Part shown: positions 29,282-39,015 of the stretch, one piece after another
Layout of the letters: each line of letters begins with the position of its first letter
Numbering within the stretch: the stretch's first letter is position 1
From: Gammaproteobacteria bacterium
GTDB taxonomy: Bacteria; Pseudomonadota; Gammaproteobacteria; WOZS01
Assembly (NCBI GenBank): GCA_011620135.1
Contig: WOZS01000011.1
Coordinates: forward strand, 15,183 to 79,182
Direction: 5' to 3'
Length of the DNA: 64,000 nucleotides
The notes under the pieces: generated by a model
Databases searched by the model: none
What the model saw: only the letters and a program-made list of their open reading frames with translations
What the model was told of the DNA's origin: nothing
Translations under genes and position numbers: made by a program

Positions 29282-30735
29282 CAGATGGCCAGCCAGAGGA
29301 TCAGCAGCGTGGCGCAGGCAATGAGCTGGCTGGTCCTGTCCTGGATGGCAAAGACCACAGGATCGTCGTGCATCTGGCCGCGATGAGCCAACAGCCACGC
29401 CCGGCTGATCCAGTACAGCAGCAGCGGGCAGAGCAACCACACCAGCGCGGGATGGCTGTACAGAGCCAGGATGTCCGGGCTATCGATGTAGAGCGCCAGG
29501 ACCAGCACGGCCATGTAGCCTGCGGCACAGCCCAGGCTGGGGAGCAACGCGAGGTCGGCCACCGCATAGCCCCGACCCATGAGGCTTTGGCGCCCTTCGG
29601 TCTGCATCACCAGGAGCTCGGTGTAGCGCTTGAGCAGCGCGAGGCTCAGGAACACGAAGATGGAAAAGGCCAGCAACCAGGAAGATACCGCGATGCTTCC
29701 CGCCGCGGCCCCTGCTGCCAGACGGATGGTGTAGAGCCCGGCCAAGACCAGCACATCCAGCAGGACGATGCCTTTCAGGATCCAGGAATAGAGCAGCGTG
29801 GTGGCGTAGTAGCCCAGCAGAACCAGCACGAAAGGCCAGGGCAGGGTCATGAGGCCCAGGAGCACGGCACCAGCGAACAAGGCAGGAATCCACAGCAGCG
29901 CCTCGCGCAGCCCCATGGCCCCGCTGGCCAGCGGCCGCAGGCGTTTCCGCGGATGGTGGCGATCTGCTTCCAGGTCCAGGAGATCGTTGAGCAGATAGGC
30001 ACTGGATGCGGCCATGGACATGGCCAGCATGGCCAGCAGCCCGGAACCGAACAGCTCGCTCCACTGGTGGCCCAGCGTGAAGGGCACCAGCACCAGGACG
30101 TTTTTTACCCACTGGTGCGCCCGCAAGGCCTTGAGGCGGATTTTCCAGCTGGGGGGTGGATCGCGCAGGATGGCGCTTATCTCGGCGATATTCTGGGCGG
30201 CGCGTACCAAAGCAGGCGTCGGATTGATCAGGATGGATTTCCGGGCTGCCTTGAAGATGGGTAGATCCACCATGGCATCGCCCACATAATCGAAGCCCTT
30301 GATACCGAAGCGGCTCGCCAGGGCAGCGGCCTTGTGGAAGCCCTTGAGATTCGCGTCCTGGTCTGTGGCCACCACGGCATCGAACAGGCCGAGATGATCG
30401 GCGATGGCCTGGGCATGGCCGATATGGCTGGCCGTGGCCAGGACCAGCGTGCGTCCCTGGGCTTTCTGCTGGCGCAGCCAATCGAGAAGTTGCTCGTTGT
30501 AGGGGAGGGCCGCAGGATCGATGGCCACGAAGCGGGCAAGCTGGTTTTTGAGGGCCACCCGGCCGCGATGCCCCCAGAGCGGCAGACGCCACAGCTGTCC
30601 TGGGTGCTTCCTGGCCAGCAGGCAGATGGATTCAAAGGTGATATCGCTGCGGATCAGTGTGCCATCCAGGTCCACGCACAGGGGCACGTCCCCCGCAGGA
30701 AAACTGTTCTGCTGCTGTGCCGTTTCACTGGTCAT
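29281..30735 (-). CDS. HAD-family phosphatase fused to UbiA-family polyprenyl-phosphate 5-phosphoribosyltransferase (DPPR-synthase-like)
   Basis: N-terminus has HAD motif I (CVDLDGTLIRSD) and a KGFDYVGDAMVDLPIF motif III region. C-terminus has 8-9 TM helices with NDLLDLEADRHHPRKRLRPLASG, the DPPR-synthase-type UbiA signature. Confidence 0.65.
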   Translation of the reverse strand: MTSETAQQQNSFPAGDVPLCVDLDGTLIRSDITFESICLLARKHPGQLWRLPLWGHRGRVALKNQLARFVAIDPAALPYNEQLLDWLRQQKAQGRTLVLATASHIGHAQAIADHLGLFDAVVATDQDANLKGFHKAAALASRFGIKGFDYVGDAMVDLPIFKAARKSILINPTPALVRAAQNIAEISAILRDPPPSWKIRLKALRAHQWVKNVLVLVPFTLGHQWSELFGSGLLAMLAMSMAASSAYLLNDLLDLEADRHHPRKRLRPLASGAMGLREALLWIPALFAGAVLLGLMTLPWPFVLVLLGYYATTLLYSWILKGIVLLDVLVLAGLYTIRLAAGAAAGSIAVSSWLLAFSIFVFLSLALLKRYTELLVMQTEGRQSLMGRGYAVADLALLPSLGCAAGYMAVLVLALYIDSPDILALYSHPALVWLLCPLLLYWISRAWLLAHRGQMHDDPVVFAIQDRTSQLIACATLLILWLAI

Positions 30736-30738
30736 GAT

Positions 30739-31770
30739 TCACGTCTGTTGTGCACGGCGGTACTGGAAAAGATAGGCAAGGCAACACAGGGCTCCAACGG
30801 CCACGCCAAACCACAAGGTGGCCAGGCGACTCACCAGGGTCACTCCCATGGCCTGCCCGCTGCCCAGGCCAATCGCCCCCAAGAGTAGCACCATGGCCCC
30901 CTCGGCGCCACCCACCCCGCCAGGGATCATGGAGATGGCCCCAGCCAGGAGACCTGCGGCATAGATGCCGACCACAAGCCCAGGCGTGGTGCCCTGGTGG
31001 ACGGCATCTACCAGCAGGTAGAAGCCCCAGCCCTCGGCAGCCCAGGCCACCAGGCCCGTCAGCAGGCCCATACCCAGCAAGGAGGGCGTGACAAGCCGCC
31101 AGGCGCGCAGCACAGCACCGATGGCGGTTTGTGCCAGGCGCACCACCAGGCCCCTGCGGCCCTCCAGACGCTTGCCCAGTGCCGCAAGCCACACCGGCTG
31201 TAGGCTCAAGGCGAACAGCAGGCAGCCAGCGGCGGCACCAAAGAGCAGCATGCCTTGCCCCGCACCCAGGAGAGAAAGGCACAGCAGAGCCAGCAGCAGC
31301 ACGGCCGCCAGGTCACAGAGCCTTTCCATGACCAGAACACCCAAGCTGTCCTCGAGCCGCACGCCGTGGGATAACAGCCACCAGGAGCGCACCGCCTCGC
31401 CGCTCTTGCCGGGCGTGGTGGTGAAGGCATATCCGGCAAGATAGATCAGCAATGAGGTGCCCAGGGTGGGGCGGGAGCCCAGCTGGCCGAGGAACACATG
31501 CCAGCGCACAAAGCGCAGCAGATAATTGAGCACCGAACAGCCCAGGACCCAAACCAGCAGTCTGCCATTCAGGCTGGCCAGTGCGCCGTGCAGGCTGTGT
31601 GCCGCGAGCAGGCCATAGAGTACGATGGCGGCAACAAAGATGACCGCGCTGCTATGGATGGCGCTGCGCAGGACCCGGCCGAAAGGCGGCGTGGTTTGCT
31701 GGTTCATGGCCGCAGCAGCCTGCCGGGGGGCAGGGGCATCATGAGGTTGTCCATGGTTCTGATCATTCAT
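30739..31770 (-). CDS. YbhN/LPG-synthase-TM (UPF0104) family membrane protein, putative flippase-like
   Basis: 343 aa polytopic, Gly/Leu-rich TM helices. ATGA-coupled to smpB upstream. First gene of the DPA-like block. Confidence 0.5.
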   Translation of the reverse strand: MNDQNHGQPHDAPAPRQAAAAMNQQTTPPFGRVLRSAIHSSAVIFVAAIVLYGLLAAHSLHGALASLNGRLLVWVLGCSVLNYLLRFVRWHVFLGQLGSRPTLGTSLLIYLAGYAFTTTPGKSGEAVRSWWLLSHGVRLEDSLGVLVMERLCDLAAVLLLALLCLSLLGAGQGMLLFGAAAGCLLFALSLQPVWLAALGKRLEGRRGLVVRLAQTAIGAVLRAWRLVTPSLLGMGLLTGLVAWAAEGWGFYLLVDAVHQGTTPGLVVGIYAAGLLAGAISMIPGGVGGAEGAMVLLLGAIGLGSGQAMGVTLVSRLATLWFGVAVGALCCLAYLFQYRRAQQT

Positions 31771-32249
31771 GCCTGACGCTGCAGCCGGGCTTTCTGGCGC
31801 ATCCAGTCGCGCTCCTTGGTCGCCTGACGCTTGTCGTAGAGCTTTTTCCCCTTGGCGAGACCAAAGGACAGCTTGACGCGTTGCTCGCTATAGTGCAGGT
31901 CCAAAGCCACCAGGGTATAGCCGCGTCGCTCCACCATACCCAGGAGCCGCCTGAGTTCCTTGCGGTGCAGCAGGAGTTTCCTGGTGCGCCGCGGATCGGG
32001 CTCGATGTGCGTCGAGGCGCTGGGCAGCGGGGTGATGAGTCCGCCCAGCAAAAAGGCTTCCCCATGGCGCAATACCACGTAGGCGTCGCGCAACTGGACC
32101 CGGCCAGCCCGGATGGCCTTGACCTCCCAGCCCAGGAGCACGAGACCGGCCTCGAAGCGCTCCTCGATGGAGTAATCATGGAACGCCTTGCGATTGCTGA
32201 TGATGGTTGAGTCGGTCACGGCAGGAGCGCGGTTCCATGCTTTTCTCAA
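31767..32249 (-). CDS. smpB: SsrA-binding protein SmpB
   Basis: Aligns with E. coli SmpB from the N-terminus ([30 protein letters not shown]). Confidence 0.85.
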   Translation of the reverse strand: MRKAWNRAPAVTDSTIISNRKAFHDYSIEERFEAGLVLLGWEVKAIRAGRVQLRDAYVVLRHGEAFLLGGLITPLPSASTHIEPDPRRTRKLLLHRKELRRLLGMVERRGYTLVALDLHYSEQRVKLSFGLAKGKKLYDKRQATKERDWMRQKARLQRQA

Positions 32250-32275
32250 GGGAGAGAATGCAATATACTAGCACA

Positions 32276-32728
32276 ATGCCTGTGATTTGCCAGAGTGAGT
32301 GCCTGGCGGCGGAGCCTGGGGTGGTCTTCGAGATCATCGCCACGGTGGATCGCTATCCTGACTTCGTGCCCTGGTGTACCGGGGCCTGGCAGGAAACCCT
32401 GGCTCCCAATCAGACCCTGGCCACCATCGAGGTAGCAGCCGGACCCTTTCATGAACGGCTGACCACCAGGAACATGCTCGAGTCACCCCGTGCCATTACC
32501 ATGGAACTGGTGAGCGGTCCTTTTCGTCACCTGCATGGCATCTGGCAGTTGGCTCCCTGCGAGGAAGGCACGGTGGTCACCTTGAGGCTTGATTTCACCT
32601 TGCGTAACCGCCTGCTGGCCATGGCGGTCAGTCGCTCCATGGACCGGGTATCCAGCCGTCTGATCGCCGCTTTCCGCCAGCGGGTGGAAGAGGCTGTGGT
32701 GCAAAAAAGCCAGGCGGCAGGCCGCTAG
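32276..32728 (+). CDS. ratA: SRPBCC-family ribosome-association protein RatA/YfjG-like
   Basis: START/Bet-v1-like; YPDFVPWCTGA matches RatA YPQFLPGCTGS. Divergent from smpB as in E. coli. Start chosen at MPVICQ. Confidence 0.7.
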   Translation: MPVICQSECLAAEPGVVFEIIATVDRYPDFVPWCTGAWQETLAPNQTLATIEVAAGPFHERLTTRNMLESPRAITMELVSGPFRHLHGIWQLAPCEEGTVVTLRLDFTLRNRLLAMAVSRSMDRVSSRLIAAFRQRVEEAVVQKSQAAGR

Positions 32729-32735
32729 CGGCGGA

Positions 32736-33041
32736 TCACCCGTTCTGGGGGTCGTGTTCCACCCGAACCATCTGCTCGCCGACGAAGTGTACCACCAGTC
32801 GTTTTTCCTGCCTTTTTTTACCCTGTTTTTCCAGATAATACACATAGCGCCACGTATCACTGTCAAAGGGCGTATTGGCCAGGGGTGGACCCAGCAGATA
32901 GCGCACCTGCTCCTTGGTGAGGCCGGGGCGCAGCTGCATGGTTTTGTCTGGTTCCATGATATTGCCTTGCTGGATGTCCATGCGATAGGCGCAGCCTGCC
33001 AGGAGCGCCAGCAGCGTAGTGAGGATCAAAAGCGTTTTCAT
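32736..33041 (-). CDS. bamE: outer membrane protein assembly factor BamE (SmpA/OmlA lipoprotein)
   Basis: Lipobox MKTLLILTTLLALLAGC followed by a SmpA_OmlA domain. Confidence 0.75.
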   Translation of the reverse strand: MKTLLILTTLLALLAGCAYRMDIQQGNIMEPDKTMQLRPGLTKEQVRYLLGPPLANTPFDSDTWRYVYYLEKQGKKRQEKRLVVHFVGEQMVRVEHDPQNG

Positions 33042-33193
33042 GTGTGTCACAGCCATTTCAAGTTAATATGAAGTCTGATGGAAGACGAGTCCTGGCCGAG
33101 GATGCCGCAAGGGCATTATAACCGCCTCGGGGTATTCTTGCAGTATGGTGCATGGCATGCAGGACTTGCTTGCTTGAAAACCGGAGGATACAC

Positions 33194-33646
33194 ATGGCTC
33201 CTGGAGAATTGCGCCGCGCCGGTCTGAAGGTCACCATCCCTCGCTTGCGCATCCTGGAACTGCTGGAGCACGGCCAGGGGCGGCACATGAGTGCCGAGGA
33301 GGTCTATCATGACCTGCATGCCGGTGGTGAGGACATCGGCCTGGCCACGGTCTATCGGGTGCTGACCCAATTCGAACAGGTCGGGTTGGTCAAAAGGCAT
33401 TATTTTGAAGGCGCCAGCGCGGTCTTCGAGTTGAACCAGGGTCCCCACCATGACCACATGGTATGTATACATTGTGGCCGGGTTGATGAGTTCATGGATG
33501 CCACCATCGAGGAGCAGCAGCGCCAGGTCGCCCAGCGTCTGGGCTATGCGATGACAGGTCACAGCCTGCACATCTATGGCATCTGCACCAACTGCAAAGC
33601 CAAAGACAAAGAAGACATGTCGCCAAAAACACTGGATGACTCCTGA
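33194..33646 (+). CDS. fur: ferric uptake regulator
   Basis: Motifs GLKVTIPRLRILELL, LATVYRVL, HHDHMVCIHCG and CxxC. 150 aa. Confidence 0.85.
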   Translation: MAPGELRRAGLKVTIPRLRILELLEHGQGRHMSAEEVYHDLHAGGEDIGLATVYRVLTQFEQVGLVKRHYFEGASAVFELNQGPHHDHMVCIHCGRVDEFMDATIEEQQRQVAQRLGYAMTGHSLHIYGICTNCKAKDKEDMSPKTLDDS

Positions 33647-34293
33647 AAAAGGGGGTCTGATTCCTGGAACAGCAGTGGCCTGGTCAGCAATCGGCCATGG
33701 CAGCGTATGCCCTGTTCATTGACCTGCAATGTTTCTGTGGCAAGGGCTGCCAGGAGGATGGGGTAGAGGCGCTGTTCTAGTCGCTTGACCCGTTGTTCCA
33801 GGTTGGCCACCTGTTCATGGGGGTGGACCGGTAAACGGGCCTGGGCAATGATGGCCCCTCCATCCACGGTACTGTCCACCACGTGAATGGTGCAGCCATG
33901 TTCGTGCTCGCCTGCCTGAAGAACGCGACGATGGGTATCCAGGCCAGGATAGGCCGGCAGCAATGAAGGATGGGTATTCCAGGTGTGTCCCTGCCCAAAG
34001 GCATCCAGGAATACCTCACCGACGATGCGCATGTAGCCTGCCAGCGCGACCTGTGCCACGCCATGGTCCTGCAGGCAGTCCACCATGGCGGCCTCGTGGC
34101 TTGCGCGGTTCGGATAATTCTGCCGAGGCAGCACCACGGTCTTGATGCTCAGGCGCTGGGCGCGCTTCAGAACAAAGGCCCGCGGCTGGTCGCTCAGCAG
34201 CAGTGCGACATGATAAGGGGCCTGGGGCAGCGTGGCGATGGCCTCGAAGGTGCTGCCGTCGCCAGAGGCCAGCACCGCGATGGGCAGGCTCAA
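33574..34293 (-). CDS. purN: phosphoribosylglycinamide formyltransferase
   Basis: LASGDGSTFEAI and NTHPSLLPAYPGLDTH motifs. Its 3' end overlaps fur convergently by about 72 nt. Confidence 0.8.
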   Translation of the reverse strand: MSLPIAVLASGDGSTFEAIATLPQAPYHVALLLSDQPRAFVLKRAQRLSIKTVVLPRQNYPNRASHEAAMVDCLQDHGVAQVALAGYMRIVGEVFLDAFGQGHTWNTHPSLLPAYPGLDTHRRVLQAGEHEHGCTIHVVDSTVDGGAIIAQARLPVHPHEQVANLEQRVKRLEQRLYPILLAALATETLQVNEQGIRCHGRLLTRPLLFQESDPLFQESSSVFGDMSSLSLALQLVQMP

Positions 34294-35354
34294 CGCAGCA
34301 CGACCCTGGGACTATTGCCCTGGGCGGTGGCGCATTCTGCCACGCCGCCGATCACCCAGCTGGCCACATGCGCTTCCTGGAGCAGCCGCTGGGACTGTTC
34401 CAGGGCGTGGGGCGGAATGATCAGGCACAGGCCAATGCCCAGATTGAATGTCTGCAGCATGGTGGCCTCATCCAGGTTGCCCTGCTGGCGCAGCCACCCA
34501 AAGATATCGGGCAGCGGCCACGAACCCCGGTCGAGATGGATCTGGAGCCCGGGTGGCAATACCCGGGGCAGGTTGTCCATCAGGCCGCCGCCTGTGATGT
34601 GCGCCATGGCATGCACCAGGTCGTTTTGCAAAAGTGGCCAGACAGCAGGCTGATAGAGCCTCGTTGGGGCAAGCAGGATCTCCCGCAGAGGCAGGCCGCC
34701 CACCATGGTGGTGGCCTGCGCGCCGCAGCGCGCCATGATGGCGCGCACCAGGCTGAAGCCGTTGGCGTGTACACCGCTGCTGGCAAGGCCCAGGACCAGG
34801 TCACCTGCTGTGACCCTGGAGCCATCCAGGAGTCGGTCGCGTTCCACCACACCCACGCAAAATCCGGCCAGGTCGAAAAGACCATCGTGGTACATGCCGG
34901 GCAGTTCGGCCGTCTCGCCGCCCACCAGCGCACAGCCGATCGCAGCACAGGCCTCGGCCATGCCCTGCACCAGGGTGGTTGCCTTGTCGGTCTCCAACTG
35001 GCCCATGGCCAGGTAGTCCAGGAAGAACAGGGCTGCGGCGCCATGGCAGAGCACATCGTTGGCGTTCATGGCCACCAGGTCTGTCCCGAGCCCTGCGAGC
35101 TGACCCCACTGCAGGGCCAGCAGCAGCTTGGTGCCCACGCCATCGGTGCCGGCCACCAGCACAGGATCACGATAGCCGCCCAGCCGGATCAGGGCGCCAA
35201 AGCCGCCAACCCCGCCAAGCACCTCGGCGCGTTGCGTGGGGGCGGCGAGCCTTTTGATGCGCTCCACCAGATTGTCGGCGGCGGCTATGTCCACACCGGC
35301 TGCGGCATAGGTGAGCGGGGGGGTGGCGCTGGATTGGTCATGGTCATGGTGCAT
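34290..35354 (-). CDS. purM: phosphoribosylformylglycinamidine cyclo-ligase (AIR synthetase)
   Basis: LTYAAAGVDIAAADNLVERIK N-terminus and the AIRS/AIRS_C fold. Internal ATG start at 35354. Confidence 0.85.
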   Translation of the reverse strand: MHHDHDQSSATPPLTYAAAGVDIAAADNLVERIKRLAAPTQRAEVLGGVGGFGALIRLGGYRDPVLVAGTDGVGTKLLLALQWGQLAGLGTDLVAMNANDVLCHGAAALFFLDYLAMGQLETDKATTLVQGMAEACAAIGCALVGGETAELPGMYHDGLFDLAGFCVGVVERDRLLDGSRVTAGDLVLGLASSGVHANGFSLVRAIMARCGAQATTMVGGLPLREILLAPTRLYQPAVWPLLQNDLVHAMAHITGGGLMDNLPRVLPPGLQIHLDRGSWPLPDIFGWLRQQGNLDEATMLQTFNLGIGLCLIIPPHALEQSQRLLQEAHVASWVIGGVAECATAQGNSPRVVLR

Positions 35355-35400
35355 TAGGTACAATTGTGCCTCAATTGGTGGTTTTTTTCGATGGTGCACC

Positions 35401-36825
35401 ATGGCAGAACCATTGTGGTCCGGACGCCTGGGCCAGGGCATGAGCGAGACTTTACAACGCCTCAGCGTCTCTGTCCCTTACGACCAGCGTCTCTACCGGG
35501 AGGATATCGCCTGTTCCCGGGCCCATTTGCAGGCCCTGGAACGGGCTGGTGTGGTCACCCATCAGGAACGCGAACAGCTCGATGCGGCCCTGGATGCCCT
35601 GCGTCAGGAGATGGATGCCGGCACCTTTTCGTGGGACGAGTCACTTGAGGATGTGCACAGCAACATCGAGCGGGCACTGATCGCCCGCCTGGGGGATGTG
35701 GCCAAGAAACTCCATACGGGACGCTCGCGTAACGACCAGGTGGCCACCGACACGAGGCTGTTCCTTCGTGCCGCCATCGATGAGATCCTGGCCCAGGTGT
35801 ACCGGCTGCGCGCCGTGCTGATCCAGCGCGCCAGGGAAGAGGCCGCCACCGTCTTTCCGGGCTTTACCCACCTGCAATCAGCCCAGCCTGTCACCTTCGG
35901 CCACCACCTGTTGGCCTATGAAGCCATGCTGACCCGGGACTGCGGGCGCCTCAGGGATTGCCGTGCCCGTCTCAACCAGTGCCCATTGGGTGCCGGAGCG
36001 CTGGCTGGTAACACCTATGGCCTCGATCGCCAGCTGACCTCCTCGCTGCTGGGGTTTGCATCCCCCATGGAGAACTCTTTGGATGCCGTGGCCGATCGCG
36101 ACTATATCCTGGAGTTTCTCTCCGCAGCCAGCGTAGTCATGGTCCATCTCTCCCGCCTGGGAGAGGAGGTGGTCTTGTGGATGACCCCTGCCTTTGGTCT
36201 CATCACGCTCCCCGATGAGCTGACCACAGGCTCCAGTATCATGCCTCAGAAGAAAAACCCCGATATGGCCGAACTGGTGCGCGCCAAGAGCGGTCGGGTC
36301 TTTGGTGCACTGGTCACGCTGCTGACCGTGATGAAAGGCCAGCCCTTGGCCTACAACCGTGACAACCAGGAAGACAAAGAACCTTTGTTCGATACCATCG
36401 ATACTTTGCTTTTGGTGTTACCTGCCACACAGGCCATCGCGGCAAGCCTGTGTGTCAACCGAGAGCGTGCCATTGAACTTGCTGCGGCCGGCTTTGCCAC
36501 CGCCACCGATCTGGCTGATCACCTGGTGCGCGGCGGGATGCCGTTTCGTGAGGCCCATGAGCGGGTGGGCGGGCTCGTCCGTGCCTGTCTGGACAAGGGA
36601 TGCACCCTGGAACAGCTCACCTGCCATGATATGGAGCAGGCTCTGGGGATTGTCGATGACCAGATGGCGCACGTGGTCACCCTATCGGGCTCGCTACAGG
36701 CCCGGGACCACCTCGGAGGCACCGCCCCCTCACAGGTGCATGCAGCGGCAGAAAAGGCGGAGCTGCGGCTCCAGCGGGAACGAAACCCGGGCGCAACAGC
36801 ACAGGACACCCCGCCATGTGGGTAA
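35401..36825 (+). CDS. argH: argininosuccinate lyase
   Basis: MAEPLWSGRLG N-terminus and the GRSRNDQVATD fumarate-lyase signature. 474 aa. Confidence 0.85.
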   Translation: MAEPLWSGRLGQGMSETLQRLSVSVPYDQRLYREDIACSRAHLQALERAGVVTHQEREQLDAALDALRQEMDAGTFSWDESLEDVHSNIERALIARLGDVAKKLHTGRSRNDQVATDTRLFLRAAIDEILAQVYRLRAVLIQRAREEAATVFPGFTHLQSAQPVTFGHHLLAYEAMLTRDCGRLRDCRARLNQCPLGAGALAGNTYGLDRQLTSSLLGFASPMENSLDAVADRDYILEFLSAASVVMVHLSRLGEEVVLWMTPAFGLITLPDELTTGSSIMPQKKNPDMAELVRAKSGRVFGALVTLLTVMKGQPLAYNRDNQEDKEPLFDTIDTLLLVLPATQAIAASLCVNRERAIELAAAGFATATDLADHLVRGGMPFREAHERVGGLVRACLDKGCTLEQLTCHDMEQALGIVDDQMAHVVTLSGSLQARDHLGGTAPSQVHAAAEKAELRLQRERNPGATAQDTPPCG

Positions 36826-38177
36826 CAGAAAACAATCTCGCCGCACTGATCGACCTCTACGAACTCACCATGGCCCAGGCTTATCTGCTGGAGGGCATGG
36901 AAGAGCCTGCGGTATTCAGCATGAGTTATCGCAAGCTGCCCCCCAGGCGCAATCTCATGCTTTGTTGTGGCGTGGGGGATGCGGTGGCAGCCCTGCGGGA
37001 GCTGCGCTTTCACGGTGAGGTGCTGGCGTATCTGGAAGGTCTTGGTTGCTTTCAAAAAGCCTTCCTGGACTGGCTGGAGCGCTTTAGGTTTCGGGGCACC
37101 GTCCATGCCATGCTGGATGGCACGCCTGTGTTTCCCAACGAGCCGATCATGGAGGTGGAGGCTTCCCTTCCCGTGGCGCAACTCATCGAAAGCCTGCTGT
37201 TGAACACGGTCCACCTGCAGATGGTGATCGCCAGCAAGGCGGTGCGCATGGTGCTGGCAGCTGGCGGACGCCCGGTGATCGACTTTGGCCTGCGGCGCAC
37301 GCATGGGGTCGATGCGGCCCTGAAGGCCGTCAAGGCCTATGCCATCGCCGGACTCGAAGCCACCAGCAACGTGCTGGGCGGTATGGTCTATGGATTGCCG
37401 GTGACCGGCACCATGGCCCACAGCTACATCCAGGCCCATGACGACGAGGCCCAGGCCTTTGCGGCCTTTGTCTCGCACTATCCAAAAACCACACTGCTGG
37501 TGGATACCTATGATTCCATCCAGGGTGTGCGTCATGTGGTCGACCTGGCTGGGCGGCTGGGACCTGCCTTTGGGGTCAGCGCCATCCGGCTGGACAGCGG
37601 CGATCTGCCCAATCTGGCCCGGCAGGCCCGGGTGGTGCTGGATGAGGCTGGCTTGCACCAGGTGCGCATCATTGTCAGCGGCGGCCTTACCGAACAGAGT
37701 GTGGCGGCCATGGTGGCCGATGAAATCCCCGTGGATGGCTTTGCGGTGGGCACCCACATGGGGGTCTCCGAGGATGCGCCCACGGTGGATCTGGCCTATA
37801 AACTGACCTACTACAGAGGGTCTGGCCGTATGAAAACGGCACCGGGCAAGACGATGTATCCCGGCCGTCACCAGGCTTTTCGGCTTGGGGATGGCGAGCG
37901 CAGCTTCGATACGCTGGCGCTGCGGGATGAGACATTCCAGGGGGAACCCTTGTTGCAGGCCGTGCTGCGGGACGATGTGCTGCTTGCAGCCGAGGCATTC
38001 ACGGTGGCGGCCTGTCGCAGCCGGGCGCAACGTGGGCTTGCCGCCCTGCCAAAAGCCATGCGCGATCTTGCCCCTGCGGCGGAGCCATACCCTGTACAGC
38101 TGAGTCCAGCCCTGTGTGCCTATCGAGATGCCATCCAGCAGGCGCTGGCCCAGGGGTTGCGGCCACCCATGGGCTAG
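36816..38177 (+). CDS. pncB: nicotinate phosphoribosyltransferase
   Basis: NAPRTase family (LYELTMAQAYL, GTMAHSYIQAHDDE). 453 aa. Confidence 0.75.
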   Translation: MWVTENNLAALIDLYELTMAQAYLLEGMEEPAVFSMSYRKLPPRRNLMLCCGVGDAVAALRELRFHGEVLAYLEGLGCFQKAFLDWLERFRFRGTVHAMLDGTPVFPNEPIMEVEASLPVAQLIESLLLNTVHLQMVIASKAVRMVLAAGGRPVIDFGLRRTHGVDAALKAVKAYAIAGLEATSNVLGGMVYGLPVTGTMAHSYIQAHDDEAQAFAAFVSHYPKTTLLVDTYDSIQGVRHVVDLAGRLGPAFGVSAIRLDSGDLPNLARQARVVLDEAGLHQVRIIVSGGLTEQSVAAMVADEIPVDGFAVGTHMGVSEDAPTVDLAYKLTYYRGSGRMKTAPGKTMYPGRHQAFRLGDGERSFDTLALRDETFQGEPLLQAVLRDDVLLAAEAFTVAACRSRAQRGLAALPKAMRDLAPAAEPYPVQLSPALCAYRDAIQQALAQGLRPPMG

Positions 38178-38181
38178 GGGA

Positions 38182-38205
38182 GGGCCGAGCCTACTGGCTC
38201 GGCCC
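38182..38205. terminator. perfect 10-bp stem / 4-nt loop hairpin between convergent pncB and dienelactone hydrolase
   Basis: GGGCCGAGCC-TACT-GGCTCGGCCC, read from sequence; likely a bidirectional intrinsic terminator. Confidence 0.5.
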
Positions 38206-38248
38206 ATGGAGGCGGCCCTGTGCAGTCCTGCTTTGTGGTCTGGCGGGT

Positions 38249-38926
38249 TTATGCCTCGAGGTATTTTCCAAAAAACGCCATGCAGCGCGACCAGGCCTGT
38301 TTCTTGGCCTCGGCATTGAAGACCTCGGGACGCTGTTCGTTCATGAAGCCATGCTTGGCATCATACTCGAAGAACTCATGGGTCTTGCCCGCCTTGTTGA
38401 GTGCTGCATCATAGGACTTGACCATGGCAGGGGTGATCCAGTCGTCGTGCAGGGCAAAATGTCCCTGCAACGGTACTCGCAGGGCGCTCGCGTGCTGTTC
38501 CGCATCAGGAGCGATGCCATAGAAGGTGACCGCTGCGGCCAGTTCCGGGATGCGCACCGCCCCGATGGTGGTGACAGCCCCTCCCATGCAAAAGCCGGTC
38601 AGCCCCACTTTCTTGCCGTTTCGCGCCAGATGTTGGACGGCACCCCGCACGCCGTGGTCCGTGGCGTTGGTGAAATCAAGGGACGACATGGCGGCACCTG
38701 CAGCCCCTGGATCATGGTAGGGTACCACCTTGCCGCCATAGAGATCGGGGGCCAGGCTGTTGTAGCCTGCTGCGGCAAACTGGTCGCACAATCCCTTGAT
38801 CTGATCCTGCAGCCCCCACCATTCCTGGATGACCACGATGCCTGGCGCGTCGGCTTGGGCAGAGGATGCCAGATAACCCTTGGCCTTACTGCCGTCCGGG
38901 CAGGGAAATTCGATGATTTGGCCCAT
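38249..38926 (-). CDS. dienelactone hydrolase family protein
   Basis: DLH fold with the GFCMGG nucleophile elbow. Start chosen at MGQIIEFPCPDG; the ORF extends to 39019. Confidence 0.7.
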   Translation of the reverse strand: MGQIIEFPCPDGSKAKGYLASSAQADAPGIVVIQEWWGLQDQIKGLCDQFAAAGYNSLAPDLYGGKVVPYHDPGAAGAAMSSLDFTNATDHGVRGAVQHLARNGKKVGLTGFCMGGAVTTIGAVRIPELAAAVTFYGIAPDAEQHASALRVPLQGHFALHDDWITPAMVKSYDAALNKAGKTHEFFEYDAKHGFMNEQRPEVFNAEAKKQAWSRCMAFFGKYLEA

Positions 38927-39015
38927 GTTCGTTCCTCCATGTTTCAGTGCCTTGGTAAAGGGCGCGTGAGTCGGTGGCCATGCATTGCAGTCCGTTGGCG
39001 CCTTGTCGAAACGCT

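Noticed and set aside
33057-33193. Fur box upstream of fur/bamE
   Set aside because: There is no convincing match to the GATAATGATAATCATTATC consensus in the spacer.
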